From Octopus sinensis (taxonomy: Eukaryota), in NCBI RefSeq assembly GCF_006345805.1, contig NC_043007.1, positions 4,154,001-4,218,000 of the forward strand: a stretch of DNA of 64,000 nt, read 5' to 3'. The notes under the pieces were generated by a model. The model made no database searches and was not told where the DNA came from. It saw only the letters and a list, made by a program, of their open reading frames with translations. Both the position numbers and the translations under genes were made by a program. Positions 54,080 to 64,000 of the stretch are shown here, piece by piece. The stretch's first letter is position 1, and every line of letters starts with the position of its first letter.

Positions 54080-55780
54080 AAATTGAGTCCCCTGTTGGTA
54101 ATAAAAAAAATAAAGAAACTGTAGTCAATTTGGAAATAAATTTAGGGATAACAGCCCAACACAAAGGAGGACAATCTGTCTCACTGCTTGCACACTATTT
54201 CAATTTGTCCCAGTCAATGATCTTTACCATCCTAAAAGATAAGTACCGTATCAGTGATGCAGTGAAGGCATCTGTATCCATTAAATCTCTAATCATAACC
54301 AAAAGAGATTTAGGATAATTGAGGAAATGGAAAATTTTTTAGTCACATGGATGAAGGACCAAATTCAAAACCCAGAAAGCTGCTCGGCCCTTTAACTATA
54401 CAGACTAAATGCTGAAAGAACACACGCCCACAATCCCTCTAACACAAACTTTTGTAACAAGTCATGGATGGTTTGAGCTTTACAAAATGCATCATAATTT
54501 CCACAATGTAAAGGTAAGTAGCGAGGCAGCAAGTGTTGATAGAGAAGGTGCAGCTGCATTTAAAGAAATCCTGCATAATATTATTGTGAGTAAAAAATAT
54601 TTGCCAGAGCGAATGTTTAATGTGTATGAAACTGGCCGGTATTGGAGGTGCAGGCACGAATGTTTCTGCTTTCATGGAGAGGCAAAATCTATGCCAGGCT
54701 TCAAGGCATTTAAAGATCACGTAACTCTTCTTAAGGAGATGTGGGCTGAAAGCACATGCTGCTTGTTACCCACCACCACAACTAAAATGCCTGGATGGCT
54801 GTATGAGTCTGTGAAAATTTGCTTCTAAATAGTTTTGTTCATCAGATAAAGGATTTTGTAATAAGGAGAAAATTGCATTCAAAATTTTATTAATCTTCTG
54901 ATAATGTTGTAAATCAGTGACAGCATCTCAGTGACTTGAATCTTAATATAAAGGTAATTTACTACCTCAAAATGTGACACCACCAGTCCAGGCCATGGAT
55001 TTTTAAGGGCTTTGTACATTTTCAAAGCATATTACCAGCAAATAACTATTGTTAAGTTGATTGATGTGAAAGATCACTGCACTTCACATTGTGATTCTTG
55101 GAAATGGTGTAATTACTAACATTGTTAAAGAATATGAGGGAGTCACAAGCAAATGCGTAAATGGCATCTGGAAAAATCTTTTGAAAACATATGTAAACAC
55201 CTTCAATAGTATTTATAAAGACGGTATTGTGAGTGACATTCACACAAAATTGTAATGTTTGGAAAACAGCTTTGACCTTGAAGTGAATGACAATAATGAA
55301 AAATTGTCAGAGTCGATAAAGAAGAGCAGCGAAGATGAGGAGAGAGATTATGATACAAGAAGATGCATGAAGAAAATTTACAACTAGAAGGTGGGCAGAA
55401 TGATTCTCTGCACTTGATAAGGCAATGTAAATATTGGAGGATTTGGTTGTTAATGTTGAACTTTTCTCACAGGTTCAGAGGTAAGTTGAGGAATCTTTGT
55501 CTTGATAAGAATGAGAAGAAGAAGCATCCAGTTGAATCTACACTGGGTAGGTTTTTTGAAAAAATTCCTCCCGTTTGTGTATCTTCTGGGCCTGCACTAT
55601 TGGTCACTGGACCCTGTGCTTTCTACAAGTTGATGACTCTGATAGCCCCTTTTCTCTAATATCTTCTCTATTTTCTTCTGCATCTCCATCACTCTCAAGT
55701 TCTGCGCATATTCAACCAACTAAATCACATCTTGGTTTGATTTTTGTTTTTCATGTTTTCTATTGTATATAAGGCTTCAT
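54080..55780 (+). mobile_element. pogo/Tigger transposase pseudogene
   Basis: CENP-B-like HTH (GQSVSLLA..FNLSQS.I.TILKDK), FVTSHGWF..., VKVSSEAASVD, YLPE.MFNV.ETG.YW, MPGFKAFKDHVTLL, C-terminal STLGRFF; frameshifts and stops. Confidence 0.85.
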
Positions 55781-55906
55781 TTTAATTTACGAATGGACTT
55801 CTGATATATTATTGGTCTCTAACTCAAATGTAACTTTGTGCATGTCTCTATGAGTTTGTCTAAATGTATAACTGGAACATTTGTTGTTGTAACCAATGGA
55901 AAGCTG

Positions 55907-56136
55907 GGCCATACATATATACATACATACGTACATACATACATACATACATACAGGCATACATACGTACATACATACATACATACATACATACATACAT
56001 ACAGGCACACACACACACATACATACATACATACATACATACACACATACATACATACATACACACATACATACACACATACATACATACATACACACAC
56101 ATACACACACACATACATACATACATACATACATAC
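55907..56136. repeat. Long (TACA)n/(CA)n microsatellite
   Basis: Direct reading. Confidence 0.95.
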
Positions 56137-56793
56137 TTTGATTAGAGGTTGTGTTAACTTCATAAAGAGATGGTTTCATCCAAGGAAGTACTGGTTCAGT
56201 ATCTAGTATTTTTGGAGAATTAATTTCCTTAAAATGATAAGTGTATAAAGATATATATATATATAAAAACATAGTTTTTATTCATATAAAGGAAGAAAAA
56301 GAAAATGGAGATTAAATGAAGTTAATAATTGTTTGTTATTAACAGCAAATTAATCACCATCCCTTACAGCTGTTTCAGTTAATACCCAGTAAATGTCAAG
56401 TAAATTAAATGACCTGAGCATAATATCTTTAGAGGGGAAAAAATATACCCTTGAATGTTTTATATGTGTATATGTATTCCTTATGGCAGACTGAATGATA
56501 CGGTTTATGATTTGTATTTTTATATGTTTGGGTGAGGGGTTTACAGGTTGATTGGAGATACGATAGAGTAGGCAGATAGAATTAGAACAATAAATGAATA
56601 AATTAAATAGAGATGATAGAAGAAATTTAAATATAAATAAGGTAAGTTTATAGTTAATAAAAGAATGGTATAAATAAAGTTATGAAAATTTGCATATATG
56701 CAAGTACGTATACATATACACACATATATATATAACTGTACATCCATATATATATATATACTTTATTTAAAGCAGCAGAAAATTCAACAAAAT

Positions 56794-56831
56794 CTGTTAC
56801 TCTGAGTTTCTCGTTGCCATTCATCAGACAG
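56794..56831 (-). ncRNA. Minimal hammerhead motif, stem II degenerate
   Basis: Minus: CTGT-CTGATGA-ATG(GCAA)CGA-GAAA-CTCAGAG-TA^ACAG. Confidence 0.55.
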
Positions 56832-56857
56832 TTTTATTTAACAGTATATATATATAC

Positions 56858-56892
<35 letters not shown>

Positions 56893-57049
56893 ATTAATTA
56901 ATAAGGGCAAGTGAGCCATATAGTGACCACTCTCTTATATTTATATATATATATATAAAATATTATTCGAGACAAAACCACTATTTTGCAAAACAAACAA
57001 GGAAAGACTTAATCAATACATAAATTTTAATAAATAGTCAAAAAAACCG

Positions 57050-57091
57050 CCACTACAATCGTTTCTTGTCTGATCGACAATCTTCAGGTGG
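57050..57091 (-). ncRNA. Minimal type I hammerhead ribozyme (unit 1, left arm)
   Basis: Minus: CCAC-CTGAAGA-TTGTC(gatca)GACAA-GAAA-CGATTG-TA^GTGG. Confidence 0.8.
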
Positions 57092-57139
57092 ACTTCCAAT
57101 AATTCAGTGTCAAAAATTTGACACTGAATTATTGGAAGT

Positions 57140-57182
57140 CCACCTGAAGATTGTCGATCAAGACAAGAAACGATTGTAGTGG
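57140..57182 (+). ncRNA. Minimal type I hammerhead ribozyme (unit 1, right arm)
   Basis: CCAC-CTGAAGA-TTGTC(gatcaa)GACAA-GAAA-CGATTG-TA^GTGG; full core; predicted cut after 57178 (GUA). Confidence 0.8.
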
Positions 57183-57360
57183 CGGTTTTTTTGACTATTT
57201 ATTAAAATTTATGTATTGATTAAGTCTTTCCTTGTTTGTTTTGCAAAATAGTGGTTTTGTCTCGAATAATATTTTATAATATTTTACTATAAAATCGATT
57301 TAATCCTAAATCTGATTTTTTTCCCCTGTAAATTTGGATTTATTCCCTAATATTTATTAT

Positions 57361-57457
<97 letters not shown>

Positions 57458-57615
57458 AATTAATTAATAAGGGCAAGTGAGCCATATAGTGACCACTCTC
57501 TTATATTTATATATATATATATAAAATATTATTCGAGACAAAACCACTATTTTGCAAAACAAACAAGGAAAGACTTAATCAATACATAAATTTTAATAAA
57601 TAGTCAAAAAAACCG

Positions 57616-57658
57616 CCACTACAATCGTTTCTTGTCTTGATCGACAATCTTCAGGTGG
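57616..57658 (-). ncRNA. Minimal type I hammerhead ribozyme (unit 2, left arm)
   Basis: Exact reverse complement of 57707-57749. Confidence 0.8.
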
Positions 57659-57706
57659 ACTTCCAATAATTCAGTGTCAAAAATTTGACACTGAATTATT
57701 GGAAGT

Positions 57707-57749
57707 CCACCTGAAGATTGTCGATCAAGACAAGAAACGATTGTAGTGG
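57707..57749 (+). ncRNA. Minimal type I hammerhead ribozyme (unit 2, right arm)
   Basis: Identical to 57140-57182; predicted cut after 57745. Confidence 0.8.
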
Positions 57750-58343
57750 CGGTTTTTTTGACTATTTATTAAAATTTATGTATTGATTAAGTCTTTCCTT
57801 GTTTGTTTTGCAAAATAGTGGTTTTGTCTCGAATAATATTTTATAATATTTTACTATAAAATCGATTTAATCCTAAATCTGATTTTTTTCCCCTGTAAAT
57901 TTGGATTTATTCCCTAATATTTATTATTATATATATATATATATAATATATATATATATAATATATATATAATATATAATATATAATATATATATAATAT
58001 ATATATAATATATATATATATAAATAAATATATATATAAGAAAGTGAAGTTGTAAGGTATCGCACGAGTGGAATTATATATGAAAGAAGGTTTGAAAATG
58101 CAATTTCAAAGATGTTTATTCATTGACTGGTTTCACTTTTTAGAAAAAGATTGTCAAAAGTAAAATGTAAAGCTTTGTTGTGTTAAGTACTGGTTATCAC
58201 AAAAGTATTAAAATACTTATATACATTCTTTGGTTATAATAAGAAAATGTTAAAAACAGTTTACAAGAAAGTATTTAAGAAAGTTATCAGAACGGGACTA
58301 CAAAAAGCATTTTGAGTGCAATAAAAATCTTTCATATACATAC

Positions 58344-58379
<36 letters not shown>

Positions 58380-58465
58380 GTAACCAATTGCAGCGTGGAA
58401 GTTGTTTGTAAGCCATTTAAGAAACACACAAAAGCCGTACGATTCACTTCAACATTTAAGTTTAA

Positions 58466-58515
58466 TTTGTCAAAATATTTTCGTTGCTAAAATCCACGAC
58501 CTGTTCACTGACAAA
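58466..58515 (-). ncRNA. Hammerhead-like motif with G3:C8 covariant core (GUGAACA)
   Basis: Minus: TTTGTCA-GTGAACA-G-GTCGT(ggatttta)GCAAC-GAAA-ATAT-TT^TGACAAA. Confidence 0.5.
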
Positions 58516-58803
58516 AATCTTCAGCCTCAGGAACACAAATGAGATTTCACTAATCAGCTCTTTGTATATGGTAACAGAAATTCACTACATTCAGCGTAAA
58601 CAAATGTCAGTTATCATCTCCTCCTCCTCCTCTCCTCGCACTTACCCACACGTATCACCTTTGAGTCAAACCAGTTGATAAATTCATATACAAACAAGCT
58701 CCCAAGTCTATTGTAATATTTAAATGAGGACTAGGAATGCTAAAGTCTGAGCTGTGACTCCCTCAAATCAAGCTTTTAATATTTATCACTGACCCCACCC
58801 CCA

Positions 58804-58837
<34 letters not shown>

Positions 58838-59974
58838 ACCTGAACCCTTGTTCATCTTTTAATACATTCACACCTTTACCCCATTTCTTACCATTCCTCA
58901 CTCTCTCCATACACTCTCTTGTTGCTTCTATACAACTTCCCTCTCTGTTCTTCTTCATCAAGAACCCTTCCTGATACCTTGTTTCCACCCTCTTTATTTC
59001 TCTTCCAAACTCTACACTGATTACTCTCAACCAGTTATTTCCTCAGCAGCAGGAAATCTGATCTGGCCACTTTCTTCATACTCTGCCATGTCATCACTTA
59101 GCATAAATCTGCCTTCTCTCTGTAGCCCCACTCAATAATAGATGGCAATTTTAGTTTGGTGAGCTGCATGCTAACCTTATTAGTACTGGCACAATGAAAA
59201 AACTGCACCCAGCACAGTCTGCAAAGTGGTTGGCAATAGGAAGGGCATCCAACCATAGAGACTATGCCAAAATAGACATTGGAGCTCTGTGCAGTCCTCT
59301 AACCAACCAAACCATGCCAGCATAAAAGACAGTCATTAAAAGATGATGATGGTGATGATGATGATATGCAGAATGATGTAAAAGTCCTGTTTGCAGTTTG
59401 ATACTGTTTCATCCTACTAAGAACAAATGTAGCAAGAAAATTTGTTTTCAATGAGAATTGACTCTTAGAGTGCCACAACTAGGTGAGTCAGTAGTCTTGT
59501 GTCCTGCAAGCCAAAGGACAGAGAAGAGCTTGTACACTGACCAGCACTGTACCATACACTTTGCAAAATAATTCTTGGTTCACAATGGCCCAACTTTGTG
59601 AAGTTGTTCAACTTAGAAAGTAGTGGAAGCATCATACAATTACTGAATGTTCTCTTATCTCTCCAAGGTTGTAACTTAAAAAGCGATGGGCTTCACCAGG
59701 TTTATTTGTTTTATATGCATGACATGAAGACAAAGTCTTGAATGGTATTCCAAGAATTTAATGGGTAATTGGATGCTTCATTCTTGATAGAGATTTAAAT
59801 TAGTTTTGTTCAAAGAAGATAATATAAAGTAGGTTAAAGTTATACCTGTCAATCTCATCTGTGTCCATCATCTCATATTTCCTGCTTTTGAACCCCTTAT
59901 AGATTTCGATTTTTACATCTGTGATCTATTCAGTTAAGACATTCATTGATTATTTCTTTTTTATGTTATGGCAG

Positions 59975-60008
59975 AGAGAGAATTGATTTAGATGAACAGA
60001 ATATATAT
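59975..60008 (+). CDS. Candidate 34-nt exon of an unidentified gene
   Basis: ttatttctttttatgttatggcag|A GAG AGA ATT GAT TTA GAT GAA CAG AAT ATA TAT|gtgagt; phase 2 to 0, compatible with 52140-52227. Confidence 0.35.
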
Positions 60009-60714
60009 GTGAGTCTCTTTCATTGTGGATCTTTTACAACTTTCTCACAAATCAAATCAAATTTAATTCTTTATTGTATAGAGAAGACTGAATTCTTCCT
60101 GATCTACATAACGCTACAAATTTATATGACTGCAGGAATATGATATGTCTTTCACAAGAGCATAAGCAATGTAGTTTAAAGAGAAATGGTTTTCACTATG
60201 AATCAAAATTGTGTTGTTGATTTATCTTACTGAGAGCTGTTTTGTTCTGTGGTGCGCATCTAGAATTGTAAATGTCATTGTATAGAGCGAAACATATGCA
60301 TGTGTTATTAATTGCTAATAGGTGAACGTTTCTTAAAATGTTCACAACGTGAAAATTTCCATTTGGGCATAAATGATAGAAAACAAATTTAAGGTAAAGG
60401 ATCATATAAAAATATATGAAGTATGCTCCAAATGTTATATCTGCTGACAAATATGCAAATACATCAACAAACAATACACGGATCTCCAGGTACTGCAAGA
60501 AGAGTGTTCTCTGTATTGCACATTATAATTGGTGAATGGTGTCTTTGCATGTGTTGGGTTTGGAGTTACCTATGCTAGTCGCTTGGAAAGGATGGTCTAT
60601 GAGAAAAATATTTGCTCCAGGTCTACCTTATTTTCTAGAACTTACCACACAACCTGTCTCTTTGAAATTTCATATAATCTGAAATTCTCCTTTCTTTGAA
60701 AAAGCAACGTTTAT

Positions 60715-60925
60715 GTTCCTTTACTTGTTTTGGTCATTTGACTGTGGCCATGCTGGAGCCCTGCCTTAAAGTGTTATAGTCGAAGAATTTGACTCGAGTA
60801 CTTATTCTTTGTAAGCCTAGTACTTATTCTATCAGTCTCTTTTGCTAAACCACTAAATTACGGGATGTAAACACACCAGCATTGGTTGTCAAGCAATGGT
60901 GGAGGGGGACACACACAGACACACA
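60715..60925 (-). mobile_element. SINE family A, 3' half
   Basis: Reverse complement of the family A tail. Confidence 0.75.
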
Positions 60926-60942
60926 CGCACAAATATACACAT

Positions 60943-61014
<72 letters not shown>

Positions 61015-61896
61015 CATTATATATATTGGTGTTAGGAAGGGCATCCAGCCATAGAAACATTGCCAGATCAGACTGGGCCTGGTGCAGCGTTCTGGCTTCC
61101 CAGACCCCAGTTGAACTGTCCAACCCATGCTAGCATGGAAAGTGGACGCTAAACGATGATGATGATGATGATGATACAATGGGCTTCTTTCAGTTTCCAT
61201 CTATTTACAAGGCTTTGGTCAGCCCAAGGCTATAGTAGAAGACACTTGCCCAATATACTGAAAATTTTAGGCATCTTCTCATTGTTAAATATTTGTTTGA
61301 CAGGTGAGTGAAAGCGCTATACCTAATTTGTTAAACAGGAGCCTGGAACAGGGTGCATGCACTTGCTTGAGTAGGGAATAATAATAGGTTTTTGAGATAT
61401 CCTGATCTTTTGTATAATTTCTTTCTTTTTGGGAATCTCACATATTTTTAAAAAAATGTTTTTATACTTCAATTTCCTTTTGTGTATCAATTTTATTTTA
61501 ATTCTAAAAGAACCTATATAATATACAAATTTCAGTATAAGCATGAAACTTATTAACTTCATGACTCCAACTGTTAAATTGAACTCATAAGTACAACAGT
61601 TTCTCATTAGTGGATTATGCATTTGCAACAAGGAGCCATTATAATTTGAAACAAAACTGAATTGAAACAACATTAATTGATAATATTATTGTCCTGTGTA
61701 GGATATTAAAGCCTTTATTAAATGCTAAATTCAGAGCAAAACTCTACATACAATTGGAGATGTAACATAAAATATAGCAATAATCTAGAATTGGTAGTTG
61801 AGCAATTCTATATCTGTTCGAGATTATTATAGTAGTTACAATATCAATCTTATGATTCTTTCCTGTATACTACAAACAGCTGGTGAAACTAGTGCC

Positions 61897-62056
61897 ACAC
61901 TTATAACTTCCTTAGAAAGCCTTAAATTGTTTATGCCTTTAGGAACAGTACTATTCCAAACTAAACATACGGATTAAGGACAACTCATTTATAAAGACAT
62001 TAAATTTGAACACAGTCTTGTCTTCAATATGAAGCATTTGAAGGAAAAGCTATTCC

Positions 62057-62093
<37 letters not shown>

Positions 62094-62443
62094 ATATAAA
62101 GTTAATCCAAACATGAAAACACAAAGAGAAAACACAACAATGTGAGGACGTGGAACAAATATAGTATTATTGGACGCTCAGGAAGGAAGGGAAGAAGGAG
62201 GGTTTTACGTTTTGAGCGGAGCTCTTCGTCAGAAACATAGGAAAAGGAAAGATCCAGACAGGAGAAGATGGAGGAAGAAAATCGCCATATATATATATTG
62301 AAGACAAGACTGTGTTCAAATTTAATGTCTTTATGAATGAGTTGTCCTTAATCCGTATGTTTAGTTTGGAATAGTACTGTTCCTAAAGGCATAAACAATT
62401 TAAGGCTTTCTAAGTGTCTTCTTCAGAAGGAAGTTATAAGTGT
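61897..62443. repeat. Near-identical inverted duplication (about 134 bp) flanking an HHR-bearing insert
   Basis: 61897-62030 is the reverse complement of 62295-62443, with 1 substitution and a small insertion near 62415. Confidence 0.9.
62202..62236 (-). ncRNA. Minimal hammerhead motif with G12A mutation
   Basis: Minus: GTTT-CTGACGA-A-GAGC(tcc)GCTC-AAAA-CG-TA^AAAC. Confidence 0.55.
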
Positions 62444-62483
62444 ATATATATATATATATAAGTTATAAGTTATATATATATAT

Positions 62484-62521
<38 letters not shown>

Positions 62522-62523
<2 letters not shown>

Positions 62524-63712
62524 TCACTTAACATCAATTGTCCACGCTTACATGAGTTGGACAGTTTGACCAGGGATGGTAAGCTGAGGGGCTGCACCAG
62601 ACTCTGGTCTGATGTGGCAAAGTTTCTACAGCTGGATGCTCTTCCTAACGGCAACCACTCTGAGAGAGTAATAGGTGCTTTTATGTGCCACTGGCACGGG
62701 TGCCAGTTGCATGACATCAGTATCTGTCACAACTACAATTTCACTTGGCTTGATGGGGTCTTCTTCTCAAGCATGGCGTATTACCAAAGGTTTCAGTCAC
62801 ATGTCATTGCCTCTGTGAGGCCCAATGTTCAAAGGTTGTGCTTCACCGCCTCATCCTATGTCTTCCTGGATCTACATCTTCCATGGGTTTCTTCCACTGT
62901 TAGTGAGTGACTCTTCTTCACACAGGTCTCCTCATCCATACGCAGCACATGACCATACCAGTGCAGTCATCTCTCTTGCACACCACATCTGATGCTTCTT
63001 ATGTCCAACATTTCTCTCAGGGTACTTACACTTTGCTGCGTGTGCACACTGACATTACACATCCAGTGGATTATACTAGCTTCATTTCCTTCAAGCCTAC
63101 ATATGTCCTCAACATTCATCGCTCATGTTTCACTGCCATGTAGCATGACAGTTCGCACACACGCATCATACAGTCTACCTTTCACTCTGAGTAAGCGGTC
63201 CTTTGTCACTAGCAGAGGTAGGAGCTCTCTGAAATTTACCCAGGCTATTCTTATTCTAGAGGCAATGCTCTTAGAGCATCCACCCACATTACAGACTTGG
63301 TCACCTAGGTAGTGGAAGCTATCAACTACTTCTATTTTTTTCTTCTGGCATGTGATGGAATCTGTTTTCTGTGCTTCTTCAGTGTTAATTGCCCCTGTGC
63401 ATCTGCCACACACAAAAACTGTCATCCCGGTTAACCTTCTTTGATGTTGCTACACCTCTTATACGTCCATAGCTTACACTGGGTACATCTTATGGAGTTT
63501 CTACCTACACCTTTTCTACAGATTGAGCAGGGCCATCTACATGAAGAGGTTTGTGATTTGTTCACCTTCCTACTTACTGGGACTTTGGTTTTTGCAACAC
63601 TGACTCTAAGGCTCTTCGATTCTAAACCTTGCTTCCACACCTGAAATTTCTTCTCCCATTCTGGTAGTGATTCAGCTATGAGAGCAAGGTCATCAGCATA
63701 GAGGAGCTGCAA
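62522..63712 (-). mobile_element. RTE LINE: RT domain to 3' tail
   Basis: LLYADDLALIAES...GLESKSLRV..AKTKV; VVDSFHYLGD; FRELLPLLVTK; MLHGSET; continuous with the 3' UTR and tail. Confidence 0.9.
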
Positions 63713-63789
63713 GAAATAAAAATCCTTCCTGGGTCATATAGACTCATAGGGCTGGGTTTCCTTGTTTCTGTGGTGCATGTATTCCCCAC

Positions 63790-63960
63790 TGGACTGAACA
63801 CTGATCCATCACAGGATTATTTGTGCTGGCTGAGTGGTCTGAAACAACATGAAATATGAAGTGTTTTGATCCAGAACACAACATGTTGCCCAGTCCAGGG
63901 ATTGAAACCACAACTTATGATCCTGAGCCCAACGCTCTAACCACTAAACTATGTGCCTTG
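63790..63960 (-). mobile_element. SINE family D
   Basis: Minus: tRNA-like head tagtttagtggttagagcg...gtttcaatccc, then ttgtgttc..aaaacacttca. Confidence 0.55.
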
Positions 63961-64000
63961 ACATACACACACACACATATTACGGAGATGTACTTGCATA

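Larger units (their letters stand above)
56892..57930. repeat. Tandem duplication (period 566/567 bp), each unit with a near-perfect 325/326-bp palindrome
   Basis: Palindromes at 56954-57278 and 57520-57845, 2-nt loop (gtcaaa-aa-tttgac); outside the TA spacer the units differ by a 1-nt indel. Confidence 0.95.

Noticed and set aside
55787-56272. 161-aa and overlapping ORFs
   Set aside because: (TACA)n translations
56892-57930. CRISPR-like array or prokaryotic system
   Set aside because: No repeat-spacer periodicity, no cas genes, no operon-like ORFs anywhere in the window
58121-58165. HHR-like GAAAC-CA-GTC on minus strand
   Set aside because: No CUGANGA core and no adjacent stem I
60420-60500. 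Possible GIY-YIG remnant (NVI..CK..NKQY)
   Set aside because: Requires frameshifts; too short to support

Overview
AT-rich, microsatellite-saturated eukaryotic DNA. The repeat content (tRNA/CORE-like SINEs, RTE LINE tails ending in (GAT)n, dense (CA)n/(TA)n) suggests a coleoid cephalopod, Octopus-like, but this is inference. No complete protein-coding gene is recognisable. Almost all listed ORFs are microsatellite read-throughs or decayed transposon fragments: RTE, R4/Dong-like and I-group-like LINEs, mariner, pogo/Tigger, a piggyBac-like MITE and a Helentron-like element. A bHLH-Zip E-box cluster at 22.8 kb looks like a promoter, and a few short exon candidates lie elsewhere. The most striking signal is at least 7 sequence-distinct families of minimal type I hammerhead ribozyme (HHR) motifs, several arranged as outward-facing inverted pairs. 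The clearest case is a 566/567-bp tandem duplication at 56.9-57.9 kb. Each unit holds an essentially perfect 325/326-bp palindrome with an intact HHR in each arm (4 HHRs, 2 per strand). There is also a 440-bp fold-back with two CCGAUGA-core HHRs (44.4-44.9 kb) and a G3:C8 covariant HHR (58.5 kb). All structures were read by eye, nothing was computed, and coordinates of decayed repeats are approximate.
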